Source of the DNA: an uncultured Actinomycetes bacterium
GTDB taxonomy: Bacteria > Chloroflexota > Dormibacteria > Aeolococcales > Aeolococcaceae
DNA: 64,000 nucleotides
Reading direction: 5' to 3'
Assembly (NCBI GenBank): GCA_964508345.1
Contig: CAZDTK010000009.1
Span: forward strand, 14,489 to 78,488
The notes under the pieces are model-generated. The model saw nothing but the letters and a program-made list of their open reading frames with translations. It did not search any database and was not told the origin of the DNA. The position numbers and the translations under genes are program-made. Positions 18,691 to 27,235 of the stretch are shown here, piece after piece. Each line of letters opens with the position of its first letter. The stretch's first letter is position 1.

Positions 18691-19712
18691 CCCTGGCCCA
18701 CCATGCGCACGTCGTTCTCGTAGAGGAGCCGCACATCGTCGATGCCGTAGGCGAGCTGTGCCGCCCTCTCGATGCCGAAGCCGAACGCGAAGCCGCTGTA
18801 GCGGCCGGGGTCGACGCCGCCGTTGCGGAGCACGTCGGGGTGGACCATGCCGCTGCCCAGGACCTCGATCCAGCCGCTCTGCTTGCAGAGCCGGCAGCCG
18901 TCGCCCCCGCAGACCATGCAGGAGACGTCCAGCTCCAGGGAGGGTTCGGTGAAGGAGAAGTTGTGCGGGCGCAGCCGGATGGCGCGCTCGGCCCCGAAGA
19001 TGGAGCGGGCGAAGAACTCCAGGGTGCCCTTGAGGTCGCCGGCGGTCACCCCCTCCTCCACCAGCAGCCCCTCCACCTGGTGGAAGACGGGCGAGTGGGT
19101 GGGGTCGTTGTCGCGCCGGAAGACCTTGCCGGGGACGATCACCCGGAGCGGCGCGCCCAGCATCACCATGGCGCGGATCTGCACCGGCGAGGTCTGGGTG
19201 CGCAGCAGCCGCGTGTCGTCGATGTAGAAGGTCTCCTGGGTGTCCCGGGAGGGGTGGCCGGGCGGCATGTTGACGAGCGTGAAGTTGTAGCGGTCGTACT
19301 CCACCTCGGGGCCGGAGAGCGTCAGGTAGCCGAGCTGGGTGAAGACCCGGCGAATGTCGCGGGTCATCCGCGTGACCGGGTGGAGGTGACCGCGCCGGAG
19401 CGCGGGCGCCGGCCAGGTCAGGTCGAGGGCCTCGGCGGCGAGCGCGGCGCTGCGCTGGTCACGCTCCAGGGCGGAGCGCCGGGCCTCCAGGTCCTCCTCC
19501 ACCCGCCGGCACGCCTCGTTGACCGAGAGACCGTACTGGCGCTTGGCCTCGGGGTCGGCGATGCCGCCGATGCGGCGGCGGAGCACGGTCAGCTCGCCGT
19601 CGCCGCGGCCCAGATAGCGGGCCCGCACCTCGTCGAGGGCGGCGAGGCCGTCCGCCTCGCGCACCGCGTCCAGCGCCCGGCCCAGGATCTCGTGCAGGTC
19701 GTCGCCGGCCAC
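18687..19712 (-). CDS. pheS: phenylalanine--tRNA ligase alpha subunit
   Basis: 341 aa; class II motifs '...MPPGHPSRDTQETFYI...' and '...FAFGFGIERAAQL'; 4-nt overlap with pheT. Confidence 0.95.
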   Translation of the reverse strand: MAGDDLHEILGRALDAVREADGLAALDEVRARYLGRGDGELTVLRRRIGGIADPEAKRQYGLSVNEACRRVEEDLEARRSALERDQRSAALAAEALDLTWPAPALRRGHLHPVTRMTRDIRRVFTQLGYLTLSGPEVEYDRYNFTLVNMPPGHPSRDTQETFYIDDTRLLRTQTSPVQIRAMVMLGAPLRVIVPGKVFRRDNDPTHSPVFHQVEGLLVEEGVTAGDLKGTLEFFARSIFGAERAIRLRPHNFSFTEPSLELDVSCMVCGGDGCRLCKQSGWIEVLGSGMVHPDVLRNGGVDPGRYSGFAFGFGIERAAQLAYGIDDVRLLYENDVRMVGQG

Positions 19713-19756
19713 GCTCAGCCCCCCACGCTCACGTCGGGTCGCACCGCCTCCCGCCC

Positions 19757-20119
19757 TCAGGCGGCGGAGAGGGCGCCCTTGGCCACCGCCACCAGACGGA
19801 TGAAGGCGTCGGCGTCGGTCACCGCCAGCTGGGCCAGCTGCTTGCGGTCGATCTCGACCCCCGCCGACTTGAGGCCGTGCATCAGCTGGTTGTAGGGGAG
19901 GCCGTTCTGGCGGGCGGCGGCGTTGATCCGCGCGATCCAGAGGCCGCGCATGTCGCCCTTGCGCTGCTTGCGGTCGCGGTACGCGTAGGCCAGCGAGTGC
20001 ATGACCGCCTCGTTGGCCGACTTGTGCAGCCGGTGGCGGCTCCCCTGCATCCCCTCGGCGCGTTCGAGCACCCGCTTGTGACGGGCGTGCTGGGTGACCC
20101 CCCGCTTGACCCTGGCCAT
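19757..20119 (-). CDS. rplT: 50S ribosomal protein L20
   Basis: '[70 protein letters not shown]' is canonical L20. Confidence 0.95.
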   Translation of the reverse strand: MARVKRGVTQHARHKRVLERAEGMQGSRHRLHKSANEAVMHSLAYAYRDRKQRKGDMRGLWIARINAAARQNGLPYNQLMHGLKSAGVEIDRKQLAQLAVTDADAFIRLVAVAKGALSAA

Positions 20120-20131
20120 GACCGGACCTCC

Positions 20132-20329
20132 TTACAGCGTCGGGGCGTTGCGGCGCACGGCGCGTGCGTCGGCCCTCGACACCGGCTCCTCTCCCGCGAA
20201 CAGCCGCTTGCGCTTCTGGCTCTTCTTGCCGAGGATGTGCGACTGCATCGCGTGACGCCGCATCACCTTGCCGGTGGCGGTCACGCGAAACCGCTTCTTG
20301 GTTCCCCTATGGTTGCGGATCTTGGGCAT
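20132..20329 (-). CDS. rpmI: 50S ribosomal protein L35
   Basis: 'MPKIRNHRGTKKRFRVTATGKVMRRHAMQSHILGKKSQKRKR' is canonical L35 (the ORF track starts 22 codons earlier, in the infC overlap). Confidence 0.9.
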   Translation of the reverse strand: MPKIRNHRGTKKRFRVTATGKVMRRHAMQSHILGKKSQKRKRLFAGEEPVSRADARAVRRNAPTL

Positions 20330-20942
20330 CTGGTTGGTTCCCTTCGGGTCCGGAGTCGGCGCCGGCCGCCACGGCCTCCTGGTCCCGGTCGTCATCGGTT
20401 CGCGTGGTTTCGGTTTTGACCGGCTTCCGGTGAGCCGGGCTCAGGATCATGGTCATGTTCCGGCCCTCGACCAGGGCGTTGCGCTCGATCGCCGCCAGGT
20501 TGCGCAGCTCCTCGGCCATCCGGTCGAGCAGCTTGCGCCCGTATTCCTGGTGGACCAGCTCCCGGCCCCGGAACACGATGGTGAGCTTGACCTTGTCGCC
20601 TTCCTCCAGGAAGTGCTTGACGTATCCGAACTTGGTCTGGAAGTCGTGCTCCGAGATCTTGGGACGGAGCTTCATCTCCTTGACCGTGATGACGTTGTGC
20701 TCGCGCCGGCTCTCCTTCTCCCGCTTCAGCGCCTCGAACTTGAAGCGCCCGTAGTCCATGAGCCGGCACACCGGGGGCTGGGCCTGAGGGGCCACCTCGA
20801 CGAGGTCCAACTCTCGCTCGAGGGCCAACTGCTTGGCCCGCTCGATGGGGACGATCCCAAAAGCCTCTTGGGTGGTGTCGTCGAAGAGACGGACCATGGG
20901 CAGCCGGATCTGGTCGTTGACCCGCAGCTCTCGAAATGCGAT
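20307..20942 (-). CDS. infC: translation initiation factor IF-3 (non-ATG, probable ATC start)
   Basis: The IF-3 N/C domains 'RVNDQIRLPMVRLFDDTTQEAFGIVPIERAKQLALERELDLVEVAPQAQPPVCRLMDYGRFKFE...' continue upstream of the first ATG (20897) with no stop. The in-frame 'ATC GCA TTT CGA GAG CTG CGG GTC AAC GAC' (I A F R E L R V N D) is there, and the only plausible initiator is ATC at 20942, analogous to the AUU/AUC starts known for infC. Confidence 0.8.
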   Translation of the reverse strand: MAFRELRVNDQIRLPMVRLFDDTTQEAFGIVPIERAKQLALERELDLVEVAPQAQPPVCRLMDYGRFKFEALKREKESRREHNVITVKEMKLRPKISEHDFQTKFGYVKHFLEEGDKVKLTIVFRGRELVHQEYGRKLLDRMAEELRNLAAIERNALVEGRNMTMILSPAHRKPVKTETTRTDDDRDQEAVAAGADSGPEGNQPDAQDPQP

Positions 20943-20968
20943 GGGGTGGGACCTCCCGGGAAACCTGC

Positions 20969-20999
20969 TGAAACAAAAAACGGATAGCTTCCGCTATCC
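20969..20999 (-). terminator. rho-independent terminator / possible infC leader attenuator
   Basis: On the minus strand: GGATAGC-GGAA-GCTATCC followed by GTTTTTTGTTT (perfect 7-bp stem, GNRA-like loop, U tract). It lies downstream of tlyA and about 25 nt upstream of the infC start. Confidence 0.6.
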
Positions 21000-21132
21000 A
21001 GGCTGGGGCGGCTGGACCTTCAAGGCGGACCCGGAAGGTGGGGCCGTTCCGCACGGACCCTCTTGGCGGCGCACATGGCGTCCAGCCGCGGAGCATACCA
21101 CGGGGCCGCCGAGCGCCCAACGCCGGCGGCGG

Positions 21133-21861
21133 TCAGGCCCGCGCCTCCGCCCCGGGCCGGCGGGCGTGGAGGAGCGCCTCGCGTGCGCCGCGGGAGCCGA
21201 GGACCGGGGATTCCATGCTCGCCACCACATGCCAGCCGGCGGCGATCACCCCGGCGACCGCGGCCTGGAGGGCCGCCTCCAGGCCGGCGTCGTCGACCGG
21301 GGCGGTGGCCCTGCGCAGCTCGAACATGGGCTTGACCAGGCCGATCAGCTCCGCCCCGGAGGCCAGCTCGATGCGGTCGAGCTGGGCCACGGCGGCGGTC
21401 AGCGATAGGTAGGAGACGTCGACGGTGACCACCTCCACCGGCTCGGGGATGAGCCGGGCGTCCAGGTCGGCGACGTTGGTCGCCTCCAGGTTGACCACCC
21501 GGGGATCCTGACGCAGCGAGCCGAGCAGCTGGCCGTGACCGGCGTCGACGGCGTAGACGCGCTGGGCTCCGGCCTCGAGCAGGGTCCGGGTGAAGCCGCC
21601 GGCGGCGGCGCCGACGTCGAGGGCGATCCGGCCTGCCACGCCGACCGCGAAGCGGGTGAGCGCCGCCCGCAGCTTGGCCTCGCCGCGGAGGGGGGACGGC
21701 CGGCGGCGCCGCACCCGCGCCGTGGCCGGAACCCGAGCCTGGGGGTTGGTGACCACGAAGCCGTCCACCTCGATCTCGCCGGCGCCGACCAGGGCGGCGG
21801 GGTCCCCGCCGAGGCCGAGCGCGGCGACCAGGTCGACCAGGCGGCGTGGGCGGGACGGCAC
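21133..21861 (-). CDS. tlyA: TlyA-family rRNA (cytidine-2'-O)-methyltransferase, paralog 1
   Basis: S4-like N-terminus 'VDLVAALGLGGDPAALVGAGEIEVDGFVV' followed by an FtsJ-like MTase 'ALDVGAAAGGFTRTLLEAGAQRVYAVDAGHGQL'. Confidence 0.8.
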   Translation of the reverse strand: MPSRPRRLVDLVAALGLGGDPAALVGAGEIEVDGFVVTNPQARVPATARVRRRRPSPLRGEAKLRAALTRFAVGVAGRIALDVGAAAGGFTRTLLEAGAQRVYAVDAGHGQLLGSLRQDPRVVNLEATNVADLDARLIPEPVEVVTVDVSYLSLTAAVAQLDRIELASGAELIGLVKPMFELRRATAPVDDAGLEAALQAAVAGVIAAGWHVVASMESPVLGSRGAREALLHARRPGAEARA

Positions 21862-21883
21862 GGCGCCGGGAAGGATACGTTGC

Positions 21884-23695
21884 CTAGGCGAGCCGGCGGC
21901 TGCTGACCTCGTCTCCGAGCAGGCTGATGAGGTCGGCGACGCTGCGTTGCTCGTTCCCGCCGCGGCGGGTGTCGCGCACCGTGACCACGTCGTCGCCGCG
22001 CTCCAGGTCGCGCTTGCCCACCACCACCACGTAGGGCACCTTGCGCAGCTCGGCGTCGCGGATGCGCGCCTGCATCCGCTCCCCCGGGTGGTCGCTGAGG
22101 GCGGCGCGGAGACCGGCCGCCTCGAAGCGCTGCACCAGGTCGCGGACCCGGTCCATCACCGCCTCCACGTCGTCCTGGACCGGGACGACCTCGACCTGGA
22201 CGGCGGCCAGCCAGAGCGGGAGCTGGCCCGCGAAGTGCTCGATCAGGACGCCGATGAAGCGCTCCAGCGAGCCGTAGATGACGCGGTGGATCACGACCGG
22301 GGTGCGCGTCGCGCCGGAGGCGTCGACGTACTCGCAGCCGAAGCGGCGGGGCAGCTGGAAGTCGAGCTGGATGGTGCCGGTCTGCCAGGAGCGCCCGATG
22401 GCGTCCTTCATGAGGATGTCGATCTTGGGCCCGTAGAAGGCGCCGTCGCCCTCCTCGACCGTGAAGCCGCCCTGGCCGGCGTGGCGCTCCAGGATGCGCA
22501 GCAGCGAGGCCTCGGCCCTGTCCCAGGTCTCGATGTCGCCCATGAAGTCGGCCGGGCGCGTCCCCAGACGGAGCGTGTACTCCATGCCGAAGACGCGGTA
22601 GAAGAGGTCGGTGATCTCCAGGATGCGGTCGTACTCCTCCTCGATCTGCTCCTCGGTCACGAAGATGTGGGCGTCGTCCTGCTGGAACTTGCGCACCCGG
22701 AGCAGCCCGTGGAGCGTCCCCGAGCGCTCGAAGCGGTGAAGGGCGTCGATGTCGGAATAGCGGAGCGGCAGCTCGCGGTAGCTGTGCCGGCGCAGGTTGT
22801 AGACGACGTGGGCGTTGGGGCAGTTCATCGGCTTGAGGCCGTAGGTGGTGCGCTCGTCCACCGGAATCAGGAACATGTCGTCGCGGTAGTGGTCCCAGTG
22901 CCCCGAGATCTCCCACAGCCGCTTCTCGCTGATCAGCGGCGTCATGATCTCCTGGTAGCCGCGAGCCCGGTGCTCGCGGCGCCAGAAGTCGATCAGCTGG
23001 TTGAAGACGATCACCCCGTTGGGCAGCCAGTAGGGCATCCCCGGGGAGCTGTCGTCGAAGTGGAAGAGCTCCAGCTCGCGGCCGAGCCGGCGATGGTCGC
23101 GCCGCTCCGCCTCCGCGACCCGCTCCAGGTAGGCATCGAGGTCCGCCTGGCTGAACCACGCGGTGCCGTAGACGCGCTGCAGCTGCGGGTTGCGCTCGTC
23201 GCCCCTCCAGTAGACGCCGGCCACGCGGAGCAGGCGGACCGCGGAGAGCGCACCGCTGTCGGGCACGTGGGGCCCGCGGCAGAGATCGACGAAGTCGCCG
23301 GTGTGATAGACGCCGACGCTCTCCACCTCGGCACCGAGCCGGTCGATGATGGCGACCTTGAAGGGCTGCCCCATGGCGTCGAAGAGATGCCGGGCCTGGT
23401 CGCGCGCCATCACCTCGCGGCGGTAGGGCAGGCGGCGCTTGGCCAGCTCGCCCATCCGCTCCTGGATGGCGGCCAGGTCGGTGTCGCTGAGATGGCGGTC
23501 CCCGGGGAGGAGGAAGTTGTAGAAGAAGCCGTCCTCGATGGACGGGCCGACGTCGTACTGGGCCCCCGGGAAGAGCTCGCAGACCGCCGCGGCCATCAGG
23601 TGGGCGGCGCTGTGACGGAGCACGTCCAGGCTCAGCTCGACCGGTGCCTCCAGGGGCAGCCCGGCCTCGGCGGCGTCATCGACCTCCTCGGGCAC
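21884..23695 (-). CDS. thrS: threonine--tRNA ligase (N-terminally short, no TGS domain)
   Basis: N2 editing domain 'LRHSAAHLMAAAV...', class II catalytic core '...MTPLISEKRLWEISGHWDHYRDDMF...FQQDDAHIF...', and an anticodon-binding domain. The start is placed at GTG 23695 ('VPEEVDD...'). The upstream in-frame part of the ORF-track ORF is Arg-rich non-coding-like with no TGS-like sequence. Confidence 0.85.
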   Translation of the reverse strand: MPEEVDDAAEAGLPLEAPVELSLDVLRHSAAHLMAAAVCELFPGAQYDVGPSIEDGFFYNFLLPGDRHLSDTDLAAIQERMGELAKRRLPYRREVMARDQARHLFDAMGQPFKVAIIDRLGAEVESVGVYHTGDFVDLCRGPHVPDSGALSAVRLLRVAGVYWRGDERNPQLQRVYGTAWFSQADLDAYLERVAEAERRDHRRLGRELELFHFDDSSPGMPYWLPNGVIVFNQLIDFWRREHRARGYQEIMTPLISEKRLWEISGHWDHYRDDMFLIPVDERTTYGLKPMNCPNAHVVYNLRRHSYRELPLRYSDIDALHRFERSGTLHGLLRVRKFQQDDAHIFVTEEQIEEEYDRILEITDLFYRVFGMEYTLRLGTRPADFMGDIETWDRAEASLLRILERHAGQGGFTVEEGDGAFYGPKIDILMKDAIGRSWQTGTIQLDFQLPRRFGCEYVDASGATRTPVVIHRVIYGSLERFIGVLIEHFAGQLPLWLAAVQVEVVPVQDDVEAVMDRVRDLVQRFEAAGLRAALSDHPGERMQARIRDAELRKVPYVVVVGKRDLERGDDVVTVRDTRRGGNEQRSVADLISLLGDEVSSRRLA

Positions 23696-23799
23696 GGTGC
23701 GCGCATTGTACGGAAGCAGCGCCCTGGCTGAGCACAGATCGCCGGGGCGGCCGCGCGCCGGCGCCACCGCGGCGCGTGCGGCGCCGGCCGTCCGCGGCT

Positions 23800-24114
23800 T
23801 CAGCCCAGGCGGGACATCCCCCGGGGCACGTCCTCGCGCAGCTCTCCGACCAGGTCGATCTCGGCCTCCGGATTGGCGAGATGCGAACCCCACATCTCCA
23901 GCGACAGCTGGCGCGCGAGGGGAAGCACGGTACGTCGCGAGTTGCGCTGCGCCTGGTTGCGCAACCGCTCGATCCGCTCCGGATCGATGGCGCAGCAGCG
24001 CACGCTGCAGTACTTGTTGGTCGGTTTCTTCACCGGCTCGCTGCAGCCGATGCGAGCACAAAGTCGCACCGACGGCAGGCGACCATCAGTCGCGTGACGC
24101 ACACCCACCTCCAT
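23800..24114 (-). CDS. small hypothetical Cys-rich (zinc-ribbon-like) protein
   Basis: 104 aa from ATG 24114: 'MEVGVRHATDGRLPSVRLCARIGCSEPVKKPTNKYCSVRCCAIDPERIERLRNQAQ...'. Very high GC3 and typical codon usage, which argues it is coding. Confidence 0.45.
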   Translation of the reverse strand: MEVGVRHATDGRLPSVRLCARIGCSEPVKKPTNKYCSVRCCAIDPERIERLRNQAQRNSRRTVLPLARQLSLEMWGSHLANPEAEIDLVGELREDVPRGMSRLG

Positions 24115-24450
24115 GAGTCCTGCCAGTCTACGACCCCTCACTGCGGGGCTGTCAACACCCAGTATCTGCCCGGACAGCGCCGGTCCCCCGATCGATCCAC
24201 AGTGGGAAAGGCGCGCCGGGTGTGCACAGTGTGGACAACCGAGCGCGCCACATCGGACGGACCACGCCCCCCTTGTGTGAAAGCTGTTGCAAAGTCTCGG
24301 ATGGCGGACCAAACTCCGGCGGCCACCCGGCCCGCAGCCCCGGAGCGAGGCCCGGCGGCAGGGCGGCCGAGCCGTCCCCAGCGGATGATCCGGACGGCCC
24401 GGGGAGCCTCGCCGCCGATCCATCCGCCGGCATGCACGCCCGCGTCACCG

Positions 24451-24524
24451 GGCGGGACGTGGGCGCATCAGGGATCGAACCTGAGACCTCAGCGATGTCA
24501 ACGCTGCGCTCGTACCAACTGAGC
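24451..24524 (-). tRNA. tRNA-Val (anticodon GAC)
   Basis: The reverse complement gives GGGCGCAUAGCUCAGUUGGUACGAGCGCAGCGUUGACAUCGCUGAGGUCUCAGGUUCGAUCCCUGAUGCGCCCA. It has a 7-bp acceptor stem, a D-arm GCUC/GAGC, the anticodon loop UUGACAU, the T-arm GGUUCGAUCC, and discriminator A. CCA is not encoded. Confidence 0.85.
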
Positions 24525-24589
24525 TATGCGCCCGTCCGACCCGCGCAGGTCAGGCCGGGATGATACCGCGCCGCCTGCGGCGCAGGGCC

Positions 24590-24799
24590 TCAGGAGACGG
24601 GCGTCCCCACCCCTCCGGCGGCCTGGGGGGCGTGGCCGGTGGCGGGACTCTGGGCGCCACGGAGGTCGGCGCTGGTGACCTCCACGAGGAGCACCCCCTC
24701 GCAGCCGTGGCAGATCACGTGGAACTGCTCGGGGCGGCGGATCGGGCGGGCCACCGCCTGGCGGTATCCGCAGCACTCGCACGTCACGATGGCTCGCAT
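24590..24799 (-). CDS. small hypothetical zinc-ribbon protein (CxCC...CxxC)
   Basis: 69 aa from ATG 24799: 'MRAIVTCECCGYRQAVARPIRRPEQFHVICHGCEGVLLVEV...'. Strongly GC3-biased codons; lies immediately upstream of the tRNA-Val. Confidence 0.4.
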   Translation of the reverse strand: MRAIVTCECCGYRQAVARPIRRPEQFHVICHGCEGVLLVEVTSADLRGAQSPATGHAPQAAGGVGTPVS

Positions 24800-24939
24800 C
24801 TCTCCCCTTGCGCCTCCACTGTCGTCGGACCGACGCGCCGCTGGGCCGCCACGTCGCGCGAAGTCCACCGAGCTTGGCACCCGGCCCCAGCGGCACCGGA
24901 CCTGACATGGCACCGCGACCCCGCCGTTGCAGCGCTGTA

Positions 24940-26232
24940 TCAGGGGCTGTCAGGCGATCCCGGGAATGTCGCGGTCTCCGCCATCGGTTGGTCGAGGATG
25001 ACCAGCCGCCGCCAGAACACGAACCGGAAGACCAGCGCCGTGGAGACGACCAGGGCGCCGAAGACGTCGACCACCCCGCTGACGGAGTGGAAGAGGTCGA
25101 CGGCCCCGCCGAAGGCGAGCAGGGGCAAGGCGATGGAGGCGTTGATCACGGTGAACACGCCGCCGAAGATGCGCCCCCGGGAGTCCTCGCTGGTGCCCTC
25201 CTGGAGGACGGTGAAGGCGGGGATGAGGAGGGCGCCGAGGGCACTGCCGAAGAGCAGCGCGAGGAGCACCACCATCGGGATGAGCAGCCCGTTGACGCCC
25301 GCCGCCAGGAGGATGGGGGGCACCACCCCCATGGCCACCAGGCAGAGGCCGGTGGTGAGCAGGGCGATGACCGTGAGCGAGCGCCGGGAGATCCTGATCA
25401 TGTGCTGGCCGAGCACGCCCGCCATCGCGACCAGGCCGACCATGGCCGGGATCAGCACGATCGAGATGTCGTTGGGCGACCGGTGCAGCACCTTCTGCAT
25501 GTAGGGCGCGCCGAGCGTGTAGATGGTGAAGACCATGACCAGCGAGAGACCCAGCTGGATCATCCCCCAGCGCAGCGCGGGGCTCTTGCGGAGGATGTCG
25601 ACGCCGTCGCGGAGCTCCTGGAGCATGTGGCTCTGGGTGCCCGACACCCGCCCCACCGCCCGCAGCGACGCGCCGATCCGCCAGCAGGAGAGTGCCGCCA
25701 GCGCGAACAGCCCGGCGGCGATGTAGAAGGGGATCAGGTCCCCGAAGAGGACAAGACAGAGCGGCGCCAGGACGCTGCCCAGGACCAGGGTGAAGATCAC
25801 CGTGGTCATGAAGAGCGACATCGCCCCCTGGATCTGCTCGCGGCTGACCAGCGATGGGATGCTGGCCGCCTCGGCGGGGGCGAAGACCTGCCCCACCGAG
25901 CTGAAGAGGAAGGTGATGACGAGGAGCGGCCAGGCCTGGTGGTGGAGGAAGGGGACCAGCTGGGAGAGCGGGATCAGCACCAGGAAGCCGGCTCGCAGCA
26001 GGTTGGTCGTCACCATCAGCGTCTGCTTGTCGTGGCGGTCGGCGTACACACCCGCCGGGGCGCTGAGCAGAACGCCGGGGAAGGTGAAGGCGACCGCCAC
26101 CGCCGCCACCGCGGTGGTGAGGCCGGTGAGGTCGTAGATGACGACGAGCAGCGCGAACTGGATGAAGTTCTGGGCCAGCTGGCTCCCGCACTGCGCCGCC
26201 CAGAGGTAGCGGAAGTCCCGGCGCCGGAGCAC
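24940..26232 (-). CDS. MFS transporter
   Basis: 12-TM major facilitator pattern ('FRYLWAAQCGSQLAQNF...', 'GVYADRHDKQTLMV', repeated TM helices). The start is uncertain; I chose GTG 26232 to avoid a 40-nt overlap with rsmA (the ORF-track ATG is at 26376). Confidence 0.75.
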   Translation of the reverse strand: MLRRRDFRYLWAAQCGSQLAQNFIQFALLVVIYDLTGLTTAVAAVAVAFTFPGVLLSAPAGVYADRHDKQTLMVTTNLLRAGFLVLIPLSQLVPFLHHQAWPLLVITFLFSSVGQVFAPAEAASIPSLVSREQIQGAMSLFMTTVIFTLVLGSVLAPLCLVLFGDLIPFYIAAGLFALAALSCWRIGASLRAVGRVSGTQSHMLQELRDGVDILRKSPALRWGMIQLGLSLVMVFTIYTLGAPYMQKVLHRSPNDISIVLIPAMVGLVAMAGVLGQHMIRISRRSLTVIALLTTGLCLVAMGVVPPILLAAGVNGLLIPMVVLLALLFGSALGALLIPAFTVLQEGTSEDSRGRIFGGVFTVINASIALPLLAFGGAVDLFHSVSGVVDVFGALVVSTALVFRFVFWRRLVILDQPMAETATFPGSPDSP

Positions 26233-26336
26233 CCGCGCGAAGCCGGCGGCGTCGTCGGGGTGGGGCGGCACCGCCGGCCGGACCGCGTGGAGCGGCTGGG
26301 CGTGGCTCGGGAGAGGCTCGGGCCGGCGCTCCTCCC

Positions 26337-27206
26337 TCACCGCAGCTCCCCGGCGGCGCGCGCCAGGCAGCGCCACTCGTCCAGGTCCAGGGTCTCGGGT
26401 CGCCGCCCCGCGTCCACCCCGCAGCGCTCAAGAACGGCGGTGACGAGGCGGGCGTCGCCGAGGGCGCGGCCGAGGCCGTGGCGGAGCGTCTTGCGCCGCA
26501 TCTGGAAGGCGGCGCGGGCGAGCTGGAGCACGTCGGTCCTTTCGTCCTCGGCCATGGGCCGGTCGGGTTGCATCCGAATGATGCTCGACGCCACCGCCGG
26601 CGGGGGCAGGAAGCTGGCGGCGGGAACGTCCTGGAGGTGCTCCACCCGGGCCACCGAGCGCACCGCGACGGTCGCCAGGCTCCAGCCGCCCGGGGGCGCG
26701 GCGATCCGGGCGGCCACCTCGCGCTGCACCAGGAAGACGGCGCGGCGGGGCGGCCGGTCGGCCTCGAAGAGGTGGCTGAGGAGGGCCCCGGTGAGGTTGT
26801 AGGGGAGGTTGCCGGTGGCCAGGTGGTCGTCGGGGAGGGAGAGGCTGCCCGCGTCGACGCGGAGCGCGTCGCCCTCCACCAGCTCGACGTTGGCGAGACC
26901 GCTCAGGCTGGCGCGCGCCGCCCGGATGCAGGCCGGGTCGAGGTCCACGGCGACCACCCGGGCGGCCCGCAGGGCGAGCTCTCGGGTCAGCACGCCGATG
27001 CCGGGCCCGATCTCCCAGACGGTGTCCGCCCTCCCCGGATCGAGTGCGTCGACGATGGCGTCCAGGGCCAGGCGGTCGACCAGGAAGTGCTGGCCGAGAC
27101 GGCGTTTGGCCGCCAGACCCGCGCGCCGGGCGACCGCGGTCACGGTTCGCGGATCGGTGAGGTCGGGCACCGCGGTCCGCGACACCACGCGGCTCATGCG
27201 GGGCAC
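26337..27206 (-). CDS. rsmA: 16S rRNA (adenine1518/1519-N6)-dimethyltransferase RsmA/KsgA
   Basis: 'GQHFLVD...VWEIGPGIGVLTREL...VVAVDLD...NLPYN' are the KsgA motifs. Confidence 0.9.
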   Translation of the reverse strand: MPRMSRVVSRTAVPDLTDPRTVTAVARRAGLAAKRRLGQHFLVDRLALDAIVDALDPGRADTVWEIGPGIGVLTRELALRAARVVAVDLDPACIRAARASLSGLANVELVEGDALRVDAGSLSLPDDHLATGNLPYNLTGALLSHLFEADRPPRRAVFLVQREVAARIAAPPGGWSLATVAVRSVARVEHLQDVPAASFLPPPAVASSIIRMQPDRPMAEDERTDVLQLARAAFQMRRKTLRHGLGRALGDARLVTAVLERCGVDAGRRPETLDLDEWRCLARAAGELR

Positions 27207-27235
27207 GCGGTGACGGGTGGGGCTGCCGGCATCAT

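Noticed and set aside
23696-23800. T-box leader upstream of thrS
   Set aside because: Only ~105 nt of intergenic sequence is available, and no T-box consensus (AGGGUGGNACCGCG) or specifier/antiterminator architecture is present.
23696-24061. Upstream part of the long ORF-track ORF 21884..24061 as a possible N-terminal (TGS) domain of ThrRS
   Set aside because: The translation is Arg/Ala/Gly-rich with no TGS-like beta-grasp pattern, and the codon bias does not match neighbouring genes. ThrRS homology starts only near 23695.
26233-26376. Longer MFS transporter start at ATG 26376
   Set aside because: It would overlap the 3' end of rsmA by 40 nt and add a Pro/Arg-rich non-membrane N-terminus. 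GTG 26232, just before the first TM ('FRYLW'), is more plausible, though unproven.
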